This document shows positions 24,230 to 36,905 of a stretch of DNA of 64,000 bases, in pieces. Each line of letters begins with the position of its first letter. The first letter of the stretch is position 1. The position numbers and the translations under genes were made by a program. This stretch comes from Malacoraja senta (lineage: Eukaryota): the NCBI GenBank assembly GCA_038087875.1, contig JAXLNO010000563.1, positions 1-64,000 on the forward strand. Direction: 5' to 3'. The notes under the pieces are model-generated. The model saw nothing but the letters and a program-made list of their open reading frames with translations. It was not told where the DNA came from and searched no databases.

Positions 24230-25690
24230 GGGCCTGTTTCCACACTCTATCACTATGATTCCATGACTGTTAGCAACTCACAACCTGTCATGTGCAAAGC
24301 CATGCTGAATGTCCCTAAGTAACCCATTGTTGTCCAAATGAGAGTACATCCTATCACAAAGAATCCTCTCCAATAGCTTTCCTACTACGAAGTCGAAGGT
24401 GGCGGAAATATCGGAGACATTTCTTGGATGCGGTGGCTGGTGGGATGAAAGGTGAGAAGAGGTGTTATCTGTCCATTCCCTCTACAGGTGCAGCCTTACT
24501 TGCCATGTTCCTGCAATGTTTAGTTTCATGGATGAAGACTCCAGCATCTGCAGTTTCATGTATCTCCATGCCTGGGGTATCTGAGTATGTTGACCAAACC
24601 TACTCACTGTATTTCCATAATGCCATTATATCTTGTAGTTCTGTCATTCTAACAGCACTACTGTTTTGCTTTCAGTCATATTTGTGATGTGGTCTCACCA
24701 AGCTGTGCACAAATGCAGCAAGACTTCCTGATGCACTTTCAACAATCATCAGTGAAGGGCAACATATCGTGCGTCTCTCCAACTGTGTGCTGAGCCAAGG
24801 AGTCACTGTGGGACTGGAGATGTGATCAGTGACCAGTTCTGTTTCTGAGTAAGAATCGACCTGGAGACCCAGTGTTGTGATGCATCACCCTCTTTATTTC
24901 ACAGTGAGAATACATTCCCAGCAGTTTGGAAAACAAAGCACACACAAATAATCTAAAGACAAGGGCTTATTAATGCCGCAAGAGCAGCTGAGAATGGACT
25001 GGTGTTAACAGGAGCAATGGCCCACTAGTAGCTCCTCCAATCAATGTTGCTTTTCCTACAGCATCCAGGGATTACACTCTCCACATTGCAGAGGACAGGA
25101 CACTGTTGCCCAGAGGAGGCCCCCACCCGTGTACAACTGTGCAGTGGGGAGACTTGGAGCAGATATCTCTGCCTTGATGGCTCTTTACCCAAACACCCAG
25201 ATGTCCAACCAGAGAAAGCCTCACATTGGAGTAAATGTAGCTGGTTCATTGTGACTGAGGTGTGAGCCCCTTCACTGCAGCCCTGTGGGTGGGAGGTGGG
25301 AATTGGCAACTGCATTAGAGGGCAGTGTTTATACACAGGGTACAGGGGATGGTTCAAAACCCCAACAGTGGCAAACGTACAGGGTTCATCTAATGTGTGT
25401 AACATGGAAACATAGAAAATAGGTGCTGGAGTAGGCATTTGGCCCCTTTGAGCCATTCAATATGATCATGGCTGATCATCCAAAATCAGTACCCTGTCCA
25501 GTTATTTCCCCATATCCCTTGATTCTGTTAAATCACCCAGAGCAGGTTTGGCTCCATTAAGATGCCACAGAAATACATGTTCTTGCTGTAGTAGGTGGAA
25601 GACCATTGATAAAGTGAAGAATAGAGTTTAGCACATCTCACTGTTTGGAATCTGTAAATGTAGCAGAACCTCTGAGAGAGAGATTATGTT

Positions 25691-25844
25691 TCACTTTTTT
25701 GAAAATACTATTTGCACAAGTCCCCGTGTGTTGTACCATACGATATAGACATAATGGCTGTGAAAGGAACGGTGGTCTTTCTCCAAGTCCTTTTTTAATT
25801 CATTGGCGAGTCCCTCGTAGTCTTCAGTTTTCTGCTCCAATGTC
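25691..25844 (-). CDS. Candidate terminal exon, copy 2 (TLEQKTEDYEGLANELKKDLEKDHRSFHSHYVYIVWYNTRGLVQIVFSKK*)
   Basis: Acceptor ttaattgttgacag|G, open to TGA. It lies downstream of exons 33100-32969 and 31885-31756 on the same strand. Confidence 0.5.
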
Positions 25845-28442
25845 CTGTCAACAATTAAGAACAATTGTTCCATTAAGTGAACAAAAGACCACTTTCCGGA
25901 TCGCTGAGGTTGAAAGTGAGCTGGTATCATCGCTCCCTCTGGGCTGGGAACACAGTCGGCCCCAGACAGTGATAAGCAGAGTCTGCTCCCCACTGGGAGA
26001 CTCGGAATTCAGTCCTGACGCAGGGTTTAGACACGTACACCGACAACTCCTTTCCCTCCTCAGATACACTCTGACCCACTGAGTTCCTCTGGCACAACTT
26101 TTGATGGTCTGAATTATTTTTCCCTCCCTCAGTGCTTTCCTTCCTCCACCCTCATCACTCTCCCCTCAGATCATTGAACACCATGGTTGCAACACACGAC
26201 TTTCCTCCTGTGTGTGACTGCTGACCTCTGTTGGCAGTTACGAGGTGCAGGACTGAATTCAGGAATCCTTTGTACAAGTCATGGAATGTCGAGCATGGAA
26301 ACCGGCCCCTTGTCCCAACTTGTCCATGCCGACCTAAAGGCCCCATTGAAGCAAATCTTTCAAACAACTGAGTGAGAGGGGGAGGGGCCATGTGTCTGGG
26401 GATGGAATCTTGTGAAGCTGATGGTAATTCTGTAGAGTCCAGAGGTGGGGAAGGGATGAAGTCAAGGCAGCAAGATGTTCTTTTGGTGGGGAAGGACAAA
26501 TGGAAATACCGGGGATGTGGAGGCATCTTTACTGTGGATAAGGTGTGATGATAATGCAGAAGGTGCAGAGGTGATTCACCAGTATGTTATCTGAGATGGA
26601 GTGATTCAGGTATGTTACCAGATCCCAGATTAGTTTATTGTCAACACAGGATTGTGTTACAGTGGAATAGTATTTAGGGAACAGTAATCACAACTCCATA
26701 AGTAGAAACAAGGAACTGCAGATGCTGGCTTACAAAAATGACACAAAGTGCTGGAGTAACACAGACGGTCAGGCAGCACCTCAGGAAAACATGGACAGGT
26801 GACGTTTCAAGTAGGAACCCTTCTTCAGTCTCCAGAGATGCTACCTGACCCGCTGAGTTACCCCGGCACCTTGTGTCCATAGGTTTCAAGATGTGTAGGA
26901 AGAAACTGCAGATGCTGGTTTACACTGAAGACACAAAATGCTGGAGTAACTCAGTGGGACAGGCAGGTCACTGAAAAGAAGGAATGGGTGATGTTTTGAT
27001 CGAGAAGGGTCTGAAGAAGGGTGTTGACCTGAAATGTCACCCATTACTTCTGTCCAGAGATGCTGCTGTCCCACTGAGTTAAACCTTACATACTCTTCCC
27101 CTGAAGAATATAAAGCACTGAGGAAAGTACACAAACAGGCAATTAGAAAGGCTTAACGGGCCATGTAATGTCAATGTCAAGTTGAATTAAAGAAAATCCC
27201 AAGGTTTCTTGTATGTACAGTAAAAGAAGAGGGTAAAAAAGCAGAAGGTAGTTTTGCTCAAAAATAAAGGATTGAATATATGCTTGGTGCCGGAGGATGT
27301 AGATGAGGTAGTAAAGGATAACTTTGCATCAATATTCACTCAGGAAAGGAACAGGAAAACAAGTGACATCTGTATGGAGAATACTAGTAATATGCAATGA
27401 ATTACAGATATTGGTTTACAAAATGCTGGAGTAACTCAATGGGTCAGGCAGCATCCCTGGAGAACTATGGAGAAGTAATGTACTAACAGGGGTGATTGTG
27501 CTTATGTATGGGAATAGTCTTGCTGAGCTGCATGCAAAGACATTTATTTCACTGTACCTGGTACACATGACAATAAAGAAACCATTGAACCATTGAACCA
27601 CTGAAACATGGATCGCAACACTTCAAGTCAGGACACTTCTTCAGAAATGGGAGTGCAGTTTGAAACCAAGAAGGAAGAGGTGTTGGAGCTCGTGAAGAGC
27701 ATTAAGGTGGATAAATCTCCATGGCCTGTTAGGAGCCAGGTTATTGAGAGAAGCAAGAGAAGAGATAGCAGGAGCTCCGATGAAGATCTTTGTATTTGAA
27801 GGGAGAGTCGACGCTGGCGCGGTTTAGCTGCCGCTGCTCTCTCTTCCCATTGTGTTTCTGATTTTTTTAATGTCTTTGAATTGAATTCTGTCTTTAATTT
27901 GTGTATTGGTGGTGTCTTTATAACTTATTTTACTCCGATTTATGTTTCTCTGTTATATTCTGTAAGGTGTCCTTGAGACTTTTGTATAGGCGCCCACAAA
28001 TAAAATGTATTATTATAATTATTATTATCCAGCCACAGGTGAAGTCCAGAACGACTGGAGTGTAACCAATGTTATTCCGTTGTTTAAGAAGGGAAGTAGA
28101 GATAATCTAGGACATTATAGTTTGGTTAGCCTCTCATCACTGGCCGGGAAGCTATTGGAGAGGATTCTTCGGGATAGGATTTACTCTAATTTGGATGGGC
28201 TTACTCGGGTCAGTCAGTGTGACGTTGTCCATGGCAGATAATGTCTTATGAACATTGATTGAGAAGGTGATCAATGAGAGTAGAACAGTGGATGTTGCCA
28301 ACATGGATTTTGCAAGCAACATCAGAACTGATGGAGTTGCAGACAGTGAGAAATATTGTCAAAGTATACAGTGGGATATGGATCAGTTCCAGAAATGGAC
28401 CGAGAAACGGCAGATTGAATTTAATCTATTGAACTCAATTGG

Positions 28443-28760
28443 ACGGCACGGTGGCACAGCGGTAGAGTTGCTGCCTTACACCGCTTACAGCGCCAGAGAC
28501 CCAGGTTCGATCCCGCCTATGGGTGCTGTCTGTATAGAGTTTGTATGTTCACCCTGTGACCGCGTGGGGGGTTTTCTGAGACCTTCAGTTTCCTACAACA
28601 CTCCAAAGACATACAGGTTTGTAGGCTAATTGGCTTAATTAAAAAAAAATGTAAATTGTCCCTGGTGTGTGTCAGACAGTGTTGGTGTGCAGGGATCGCT
28701 GGTCGGTACGGACTCGGGGGCAAAAGGGCCTGATTCTGCGCTGTAAATAAACTAAACTTT
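28443..28760 (+). mobile_element. tRNA-derived SINE (duplicate of 400-735)
   Basis: ggcacggtggcacagcggtagag...ccaggttcgatccc A/B boxes. Confidence 0.85.
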
Positions 28761-29047
28761 CACCAATCTCCTTGGTCACTTTTCAATAAACGCAATCAAA
28801 TTTGTAAGACTTCATTCCCCATGCACAAAGCCATGCTGTCTATCCCTAATCAATCCTTGCCTTTGCAAATACTGCGAGATCCTGTCTCTCAGACTGCCCT
28901 GCAGTAACATTCTCAGCAGTGATGTCAGGCTCACCAGTGGGTAGTTCCCTGCTTGTCCTCACCTCACTTGTGAAACAAAGGCACAGCAATGGCCACCTTC
29001 TAGTCTTCTGCTTACTCACCCATGACTAACAAGGATGCAAAAAGATT

Positions 29048-29075
29048 CTGAAGAAGGGTCTCGACCCGAAACGTC
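29048..29075 (+). ncRNA. Minimal type I hammerhead ribozyme core in a Penelope-type repeat
   Basis: CTGAAGA-A-GGGTC-TC-GACCC-GAAA-CG-TC: intact CUGANGA and GAAA boxes, perfect stem II, palindromic ACGT stem III. Stem I is decayed in this copy. Confidence 0.7.
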
Positions 29076-29335
29076 ACCTATTCCTTTTCTCCAGAGGTGC
29101 TGATTGACCCACTGAGTTGCTCCAGCATTTTGTGTCTATCTTCAGTGTAAACCAGCATCTGCAGTTCCACCCTACACAAAAGAGTCTCAAACCTTAAATG
29201 TTAACTGTTTATCTTTCCACAGACGCTGCCTGACCTGCTGAGTTTTTTCCAGCATTTCTGTTTATTTCAGATTTCTGCCATTTGTAGCTTTTAATAATTT
29301 TCATTGAAAACTTGCTTTATTTGAATGTGATGCAG

Positions 29336-29850
29336 ATTCAGGAAAGCACTATAATAAAGGGATATGGGGAGAAGGCAGGCACGGTGTACTGATTGTGGAT
29401 GATCAGCCATGATCACAGTGAATGGCGGTGCTGGCTCGAAGGGCCGAATGGCCTCCTTCTCCACCTATTTACAATGTAATTCCTGAACAACAAGAGCCAG
29501 TATATTTGCATCAGTAAGTGTTCTAATACTAAATAGCAAGTTTGGCAAAGGGATGGTTAATAATGTTAGTTTGCAGGTACCGAACCCTCACCAGAGATCG
29601 TGTCAGGTGGAAACGATTGTCGGTCACATCCAGTCTCCAGCTGAACCTGTCTGTGTGGAGAGTGGTCGTGTCCTCAGGAGAGGGAGTGAAGGTTGTGAGT
29701 CAGGAGCCAACTCATTCTTACCACCGCTAATGATGGTCCACTCACCACATTCCCACCTTGCCTGAGTGTGGTGTTGTCAGGAAGACCATGTGGTGACGTG
29801 TCAGAAGAACAAACAACTAACTGAAATAATGGAATTAAAATGGAATAAAA
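29336..29850 (+). pseudogene. Orphan immunoglobulin heavy-chain-like C1 domain pseudo-exon with possible Cys-containing secretory tail (IgW-like), interrupted by a CR1 3' fragment at 29357-29470
   Basis: Pieced frames: LNNK.ASI.CISKCS....VWQRDG...RLSVTSSLQLNLSVW/ESG...VVSQEPTHS, then ..VWCCQEDHVVTCQKNKQ; AATAAA at about 29844. Multiple frameshifts. Confidence 0.5.
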
Positions 29851-30319
29851 ACCAACTCACTTGACATAACTTGAACGTTCAGGATGAAAGACGACAGAAA
29901 CTGACGGATCTTCTGGATCAGGTGGACTTTCGACTTGAAGAGGCAGTGTAATGAAAAATGAAAATTCCTGTTTTATCCTGCCATTTACAAATGGGGCATA
30001 AATTGCCCAACCAGCAGAGATGGGAACAATTGTATCTGTGGAGAAGAAACTTTCTCAGTTATGGACAAGAGTCAAGAGTGAAGAATATTTAATTGTCACC
30101 AACTGAAAACAGAACAATGATATTCTTACTTGCATAACAGACCTGTGAAGATACTTTTCAACGAAAACACACTAAACATAAATTTTCAATAAATTATAAA
30201 TGCCAATATTATTACAAAAGCCCCAAATCCTTTCAGCAACCAAGACAATCCGCAGTTCATTGTTTAGTTAGTGTTTGTCGTCTTCAAGAGCATGTTCAAG
30301 AGCAAATGCACGGCCATGC

Positions 30320-30620
30320 ACATACACACACACACACTCAGACACACGCACACACTCAAACATACACACACAGAGTCAGTCACAAATGTACTAGCACAGA
30401 AATACAGATAAGCACACAGACGTACACATAGCATCACACACAAACACTTACACATGCAAACACTCACACACAGACACACGCACGCACTCTCACAGATATA
30501 TGCACACACGCACACTTATAATCATATGCATGAACTCTCGGACACGCACACACCCACCCACACAGGTACACCCGCATAAACATACACCCACACACATGTA
30601 CAAACGCGGACACACACATA
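30320..30620. repeat. Degenerate (CA)n microsatellite
   Basis: Direct reading. Confidence 0.9.
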
Positions 30621-30799
30621 CAGCAGATTGTGGATTTTAGAACTCCACCAATGGAACCTCAGCCGGTGTACCTGCACAGCTGAATTCCTTTCTCAGCTCA
30701 GCTCAACCTGGAAATGTATGGATGATGAATGAAGTCACAACTGGAGAACTGTGTACAGTTCTGGTCACCTCACCACAGGAAGGGAGTGATAGGATTGAA

Positions 30800-31563
30800 A
30801 TTTGGAAGCGTTGAGTTTGCCGCTTTTGCCCAGCATCCATTTGGTCGGTGGGGGCGCTGCAAGCCGGCAGCCCTGCCAGCAGCGTGTCAGTTCTTTCTAC
30901 ATTTTTTGTTTTTTTAGTATGTCCTAATGTGGGTTTTTAATGTTCCTTTGTGTGTCTTGTGTAGGGGGTGGTGTGTGGGGATAAGGGGGAAACCGCTTCG
31001 GTCGCCTCCTCCACGGAGAGGCGACTTTTTCCATGTCGCCTCCCCCGTGGCCTAACAGCAAGGATCGGTGCGGCCTTTCCCGGAGACGTGCCCAGGGCTT
31101 CAGCGGCGGGCACAGTGCAGACTCTCGGTGTGGAGCGGGGTGGACTTACCATCAGGAGCGGGGTCCCTCGCCGGGGATCCCTGAAGGGGAGCTTCGACCG
31201 CTGGCCCTGCAGTCTGTGGTGCTTCTGGCTGCGGCACGGCGGGAACTTTAAATCTCCGACCGCCGGCCTGCGGCCTACACCAACCTGAAGCCACGGTCTC
31301 CGGTGCGGGGGCACCGATTCAGGACTTACCTGGACTATTTACCTTGTCTGCACATCTGGATGCCCGCAGCGATGGATGCGGAGGGTTGAGGTCCCGACCA
31401 CGGGGGGAAATGGAGGAGGATTGGCCAAATTTTTGTGCCTTCCACCACAGTTTTTAGTGTGTTTTTGTGTGTTCTTTTTCATTGTACCGTTGCTGGCAAA
31501 TTCATTTCACTTGCACTTTATGTGCAAGTGACGAATAAAACTGATTATATTGTATTGTATTGC
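30800..31563 (+). mobile_element. GC-rich non-autonomous retroelement
   Basis: T-rich block, then ggggaaaccgcttc, GC-rich body, ...gtgacgaataaa and an (ATTGT)n tail; same architecture as 21545-22510. Confidence 0.6.
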
Positions 31564-31755
31564 ATGGCAAGGAAGGGCTGACTGGCCTCCTTCTGTCCTG
31601 TGTGCTTCAGTCTCTCCATGAAGCACAGAAAACCATCTGGTGACCTAATGTGGATCCTGTCAGCCTGCCTGCACATTAGTTTGAAATAAGATGGGTCAGA
31701 CACTGAGACATAAGCCACGTTCCATGCTGTTACATTGAACAAATAACTAACGTAC

Positions 31756-31885
31756 CTGCAACATTATTGAAATGTGAATAATCCAAAAATTTGCCCAAGG
31801 CGATCTTTGTTGCAGTCTTCAAATCCGTTCCATTAACAAACGTATAAAGCCATTGCATGTTTGTTAAAGTGATCTCTTCATAATT
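31756..31885 (-). CDS. Exon 2 of the unrecognised secreted-protein gene (NYEEITLTNMQWLYTFVNGTDLKTATKIALGKFLDYSHFNNVA)
   Basis: Acceptor ctcactttcctttcatcaccctag| and donor CAG|gtacgt. 130 nt, fully open in phase 0, matching the phase-0 donor of exon 1. Confidence 0.65.
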
Positions 31886-32968
31886 CTAGGGTGATGAAAG
31901 GAAAGTGAGGAGTCAATGGAATAGTGGTGAAGTTCAGGGGCAGCATCTGTGTTGGGAGCTGTGATTTGGGAGTCTGATGAGTTCACAGTCTCCATGCTCT
32001 GACTGGACTGAACAACTGAGAGAATGTGTTGAATTTACAGAAACACTGGAATAATTGCTGTAAGAAGCCGAAGGTTCCCCGGCTTTCCACACTGGGTAAA
32101 AGGCTGCTCTGGAAAAATAAAGGTTCCAGTGTGGGATGAGTGTGAGGAGTCTGAGCCCATTCCCCAGAGGGAGTGGGGTCTGGGCCACAACTGGTAACGA
32201 TGGGGTGAAGTGGGGAAAGGGGTCCTACTGGTGAGGCAATGTCTGCTCTGTCAGTTCTGGGCTGTGGTGATACATTGGACCTGTTCTCCCACTGTCTGTG
32301 GTGCACCCAGACCAGGAGAAGTCTGAGTCTACAGATGAGTCTACACTCAACACAACCTTCCTGTAGACGGGATACCCTGAGTGTGGTTATTATAACCTCG
32401 CAGACCTCACTGGCCCACAGGTTGTCTATGTGGCCTTGACCCCACCATTCCCCACCTCTGTTCCCCCTGTCTCCCTATGCTGATACAACCCCACTCCCTG
32501 CACCATCCTGTATTCTTGAACAAAAAAGGTTCCAAATGATCATATTGTTTGTTAATTTAAATATTGGCAGACTTCACGTTCATTGATCCACGGAACAAAA
32601 ATCTTTATTCATGTTAAACTGTTGTCGGATCCTCATCACATTTTTAATTTCAGCTGTGACATAATTTCTGAGACTGAAAGTGGAAATAATTGTGCAGTCA
32701 GTATACAGGAAATATTCCTTACTCCCCATTCCCTCTGGGATAAACTCCAGAGGGAGTGAGGAGTGTTGAAGTGAAGATACTCAGCAAACTGAGTCCAAGC
32801 TCCATCCTGGTCTGTCAGGGTGAGCTCCACAACACACAACAACGTACAACAGAGGATTTCAGGGATGGGTTTCAAACTATGGACAAATTTAACCCTGAGC
32901 TGAGTGTGGAACAGCAAATATCCTCTCTTCCCCACCATCCATCCATGATAATTCCCAAAAGTACTTAC

Positions 32969-33100
32969 ATCATACACATTGACTGTCGGGAGAGCATAAC
33001 ACATCATTCTCTTGCACGCCTCTTCCACACGTTGATCTGCTCCTGTTCCTGCAACCTGCAGCCGCAGGAGGACAGAGAGAGTTAAACAGAGTCTCAGCAT
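32969..33100 (-). CDS. Exon 1 of the unrecognised secreted-protein gene (MLRLCLTLSVLLRLQVAGTGA-DQRVEEACKRMMCYALPTVNVYD)
   Basis: Kozak-like ACGATG, hydrophobic leader with small-residue cleavage site, consensus donor GAT|gtaagt, TATA about 90 nt upstream. A paralog at 20496-20620 has the same donor. Confidence 0.75.
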
Positions 33101-33189
33101 CGTGGGCTCTGCTCTGGTTACTGTTGGATGCACCCAGTCACTCTCCACACCTCCAGCTGGATCTGCTGTCTTAGCCCTGAATTTAAACC

Positions 33190-33197
33190 TTATTATA
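33190..33197 (-). promoter_or_regulatory. TATA-like box (TATAATAA)
   Basis: Positional match to the TATA at 20710-20717. Confidence 0.55.
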
Positions 33198-33272
33198 CTG
33201 TTTTCTGAAGACTATTTTGAATATCGTGTCTGAGAAATGAAGTCAGGTTATATATTATGCAAATATTATTTT

Positions 33273-33274
<2 letters not shown>

Positions 33275-33308
<34 letters not shown>

Positions 33309-34346
33309 ACATTACAACCACATACATTAATACTCGTCATTTGTATCTTCTTACAATTAATGTACTCCCTTTATTTATTTTTTTTACACTAGAAAAGGAA
33401 AAGATTGAAAGAAAGAAGAAAGTGAAGGAAAAAGTGAAAGTGTAGAAAAGTGTAGAAAATGTAACAACAAAAAAGGACGAAGACCCTATAAGAGCGAAAT
33501 TAAAAACAAAAGAAAAAGAGTTAAGAAATAGGCCCTAGGAAAAAAAAGAGAAAGAGAGAGAGGAAAAAAAAAAAAAAAAAAAATTACGTAAATAGGACAT
33601 ACCAACTCTTCAACTATCATCCCCCCTTACCTGACCTCAATTTTTTATTTGTTTTAAAGTACTTTTGCACCCTATGTTTGTAATAATTCTATAAATGCAG
33701 ACCACGTCAGGTGGAAGTGATCTGGTTTACCTGCTAGGAGGAGTCTTATCTCTTCTAGGTGTAATGTTTCAAACATATTTGAAATCCACATATTTATAGT
33801 TGGTATTGGAGCCTTCTTCCAAAATTTTAGAATTAGCTTTTTTCCAGTTATTAACCCATAGTCCATTAATTTCTTTTGAAACACATTTAGTTCTGGATCA
33901 TCTTCCGTTATTCCGAAGATAATCCATTCTGCTTTGGGTATCAGTCTTGTTTTAAATAACTTTGTAAAGATTTCAAAAATTTCATTCCAAAATTTTTGAA
34001 TTTTTGTACAGAAGACGAATGAGTGCGCTATAGTAGCTTCTTGGGATTGACATTTATCACAAATAGATGGGAAATAGTTTGGGAAAATTTTATGAATTTT
34101 AGTTTTCGAATAATATAATCTATGTAAAATTTTAAATTGTATTAAAGTGTGTCTTACATTAATCGAGCATTTATGCACGTTTAATAAGTATTCATTCCAA
34201 CTTTCCTTTGAAATTTTAATAGCTAACTCTTGTTCCCAGTCTCTTCTGATACCCTCCGTAGGTGGTATTTGTACATTTAAAATAATATTATACAAATATG
34301 ATATTAAGTTTGCTGATTCCGCTTTTATCTGCATTGCCTCGTCCAA
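33275..34346 (-). mobile_element. L1/Tx1-clade LINE 3' fragment with poly(A) tail
   Basis: ORF 33672..34346 contains IQFKILHRLY and the CDKC...H.F..C zinc knuckle; poly-T run at 33276-33303; ggttatat on both flanks as a possible TSD. Confidence 0.9.
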
Positions 34347-35409
34347 TACATCTACTGGGTTATATTATTTTTGTTCTGAGCTAATGGAATCATTCACCGT
34401 CAGAGTGCTGAATCTGAGGAAGCCTGAGACCCTGCAGCAGACAATTAAATGGACGTGTGTGTTAACTGTTGCTGGACGGCGAGCTCTGGGGAAGGTGGAG
34501 TCACCAGTGAGGATGGTCATTAATGGCATCGGTTTGTGAGTGGTGGGGGAGAGTTTTTTCTCATCCACCAACATCCAAGCCCCAGCCCTGGGACCTTCCC
34601 CATCTTTGAATCATGTCCACAAGACAGGCCGACGCACCAACTGAGATGGAGAGGGTTGTCAGAGACGTTATAGGCCTAAGTGGAACATTAACCAGAGCAT
34701 ATCCATTTTTCCCTCATCTCATTTCCTGCTTATTTCCATTGGAGAGAGTCAGTGGATCAGATATTGCCCATTTTATCCCCTTGCCCAATAGACCATGGGC
34801 CAAGGTGCTTTTTCATTTCATTTTGTGACCCACATCCCATATCTACCTGTATTTTTAACATATTATGTCAAAATATTATAGGAATCTTATCTGAAACTTG
34901 CAAATATTTTAGTCAAGAAAAAAACCTGCACACATTTTTAGAATATGGAAAAAATCTCTGATATTCCGATTAGTCATTGTCCAATCAAAGCACGTTTGAC
35001 ATTGAGTCGGACGCCAATTGACCAATCACGCACTTTGTTTCAGGCTAGCTAGGCAGGGAGCACTCTGGGATCATGGCGGAGAGGAAGGTTAGTGCAAGAG
35101 GTTTTAACTGTCAAAACAAAACTACAAATAACCTCACATGATTATCTACACCATAATTAACCATGACAGTATGATTGATGATTCCTGTGAACTTTCAGCA
35201 AGTTGTCATCTATTGTTTGCCAGAGAGTGAACTGCAGATTACTGTGCATGCATACGTATGAAAGAGTTCAACTTTGAGGAAGACACTGGATAAGAATACT
35301 TTGAATACCCAACTGTGCTAAAGTAACAATATTCTCCAAACAGGAGACCGGTCCAAGACATGATTATTATTGTGAGATTGTAGTGTAGTTGTTTATATCA
35401 GTACATTGC

Positions 35410-36066
<657 letters not shown>

Positions 36067-36296
36067 TAAACAAATTAAAATGCAATGTTTCTGCTTGTCA
36101 ACTAGCTATTCATGACATACCAACAGGTTCCTGGCAATGCAATGAGGAATGATCTCACTGTACAGAGAGGGGATACGTCTCACCGTGACCCCAAAATGTA
36201 CCACGGGTCGTGCTTCATTCTCTGAGATGGGTTGGGAGACAGCTCGAGGTCAGGTGGTGATTGAGGCTGCTAAGACTTAATGAACATTGTACTTAC

Positions 36297-36327
36297 TCAT
36301 CCAGATCAACTCCAGCTATCCTGGACA
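36297..36327 (-). pseudogene. 31-nt mini-exon downstream of the captured V exon
   Basis: tttttggtactttgcag|...|gtaagt. It is open in the phase-1 frame from the V exon (VSRIAGVDLD). Confidence 0.5.
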
Positions 36328-36721
36328 CTGCAAAGTACCAAAAACAAAGTTACTTTCCTCTGGTAGATGCACGATGCTAGAGAAACTCAGCGGAACAGGC
36401 AGCATCTCTGGAGAAAAGGAATAGGTGATGTTTGGGGTCGAGTCCCTTCTTCAGACTGAGAGATACAGATATCTTTAGTTTCTCTCTCCCCTCACTCTCA
36501 AACTGCAGAAGGGTCTGGACCCAAAACGTCACCTATCCATTTTCTCCAGAGATGCTGGTTGTCCCTCTGAGTTGCTCCAGCAAGTGTGTCTACCAGAGGA
36601 AATAAACTAGCAGTCAGTGGGGTTCAGTAAACTGGGGAATGCATAGGATCCGCCCTCACCCATTAATTAGGCGGGTTCGGGAACCGGTGAAACCCAGGAA
36701 CTCTGCGGCAGTCTCACTCAC

Positions 36722-36905
36722 CGTTCACCTCCAGTCGGACTCTTGCCTGAGTTTCACCTACTGAACTTGATCCGAAATTCACCTCATATTCACCAGCGTC
36801 CTCACCTCGAAGATCACGGATTAAAAGACTGAAATTCCCATGGTGAATGGTTACCCGTCCCGTGTAATTGCCGTAATAGTATTCAATGTTCCCATTCGAG
36901 TCTCG
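36722..36905 (-). pseudogene. 5'-truncated SLAM/CD2-family V-set Ig exon
   Basis: DSNGNIEYYYGNYTGRVTIHHGNFSLLIRDLRGEDAGEYEVNFGSSSVGETQARVRLEVN, then phase-1 donor G|gtgagt. The Cys-less F strand DxGxYxV is typical of CD2/SLAM/CEACAM N-domains. Confidence 0.85.

Larger units (their letters stand above)
24600..29164. repeat. Arm B of the inverted duplication (partner 1-4330), with a private ~230-bp L2-tailed insertion at 27797-28028
   Basis: Colinear reverse-complement similarity of roughly 90% by eye. The insert ends aataaaatgtattattataattattattat. Confidence 0.95.

Noticed and set aside
28443..28520. tRNA gene
   Set aside because: It is a SINE head with A/B boxes, not a complete cloverleaf.
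30652..30687. 36-nt minus-strand mini-exon
   Set aside because: Stop codons in all three frames, and it would not fix the phase mismatch.
31983..32371. Alternative exon 2 (EGCVECRLIC...)
   Set aside because: Weak acceptor and low-complexity continuation; 31885-31756 has much better splice signals.
32636..33148. 170-aa single-exon ORF
   Set aside because: It reads through a consensus donor at 32968, and paralogous intron copies do not keep the frame.
33257..33264. Octamer ATGCAAAT upstream of the TATA
   Set aside because: It sits at the L1 insertion junction and is absent from the paralogous promoter.
34560..34610. Minus-strand KVPGLGLG resembling VH framework 2
   Set aside because: No flanking Cys, YYC or RSS; the plus strand explains the block better.
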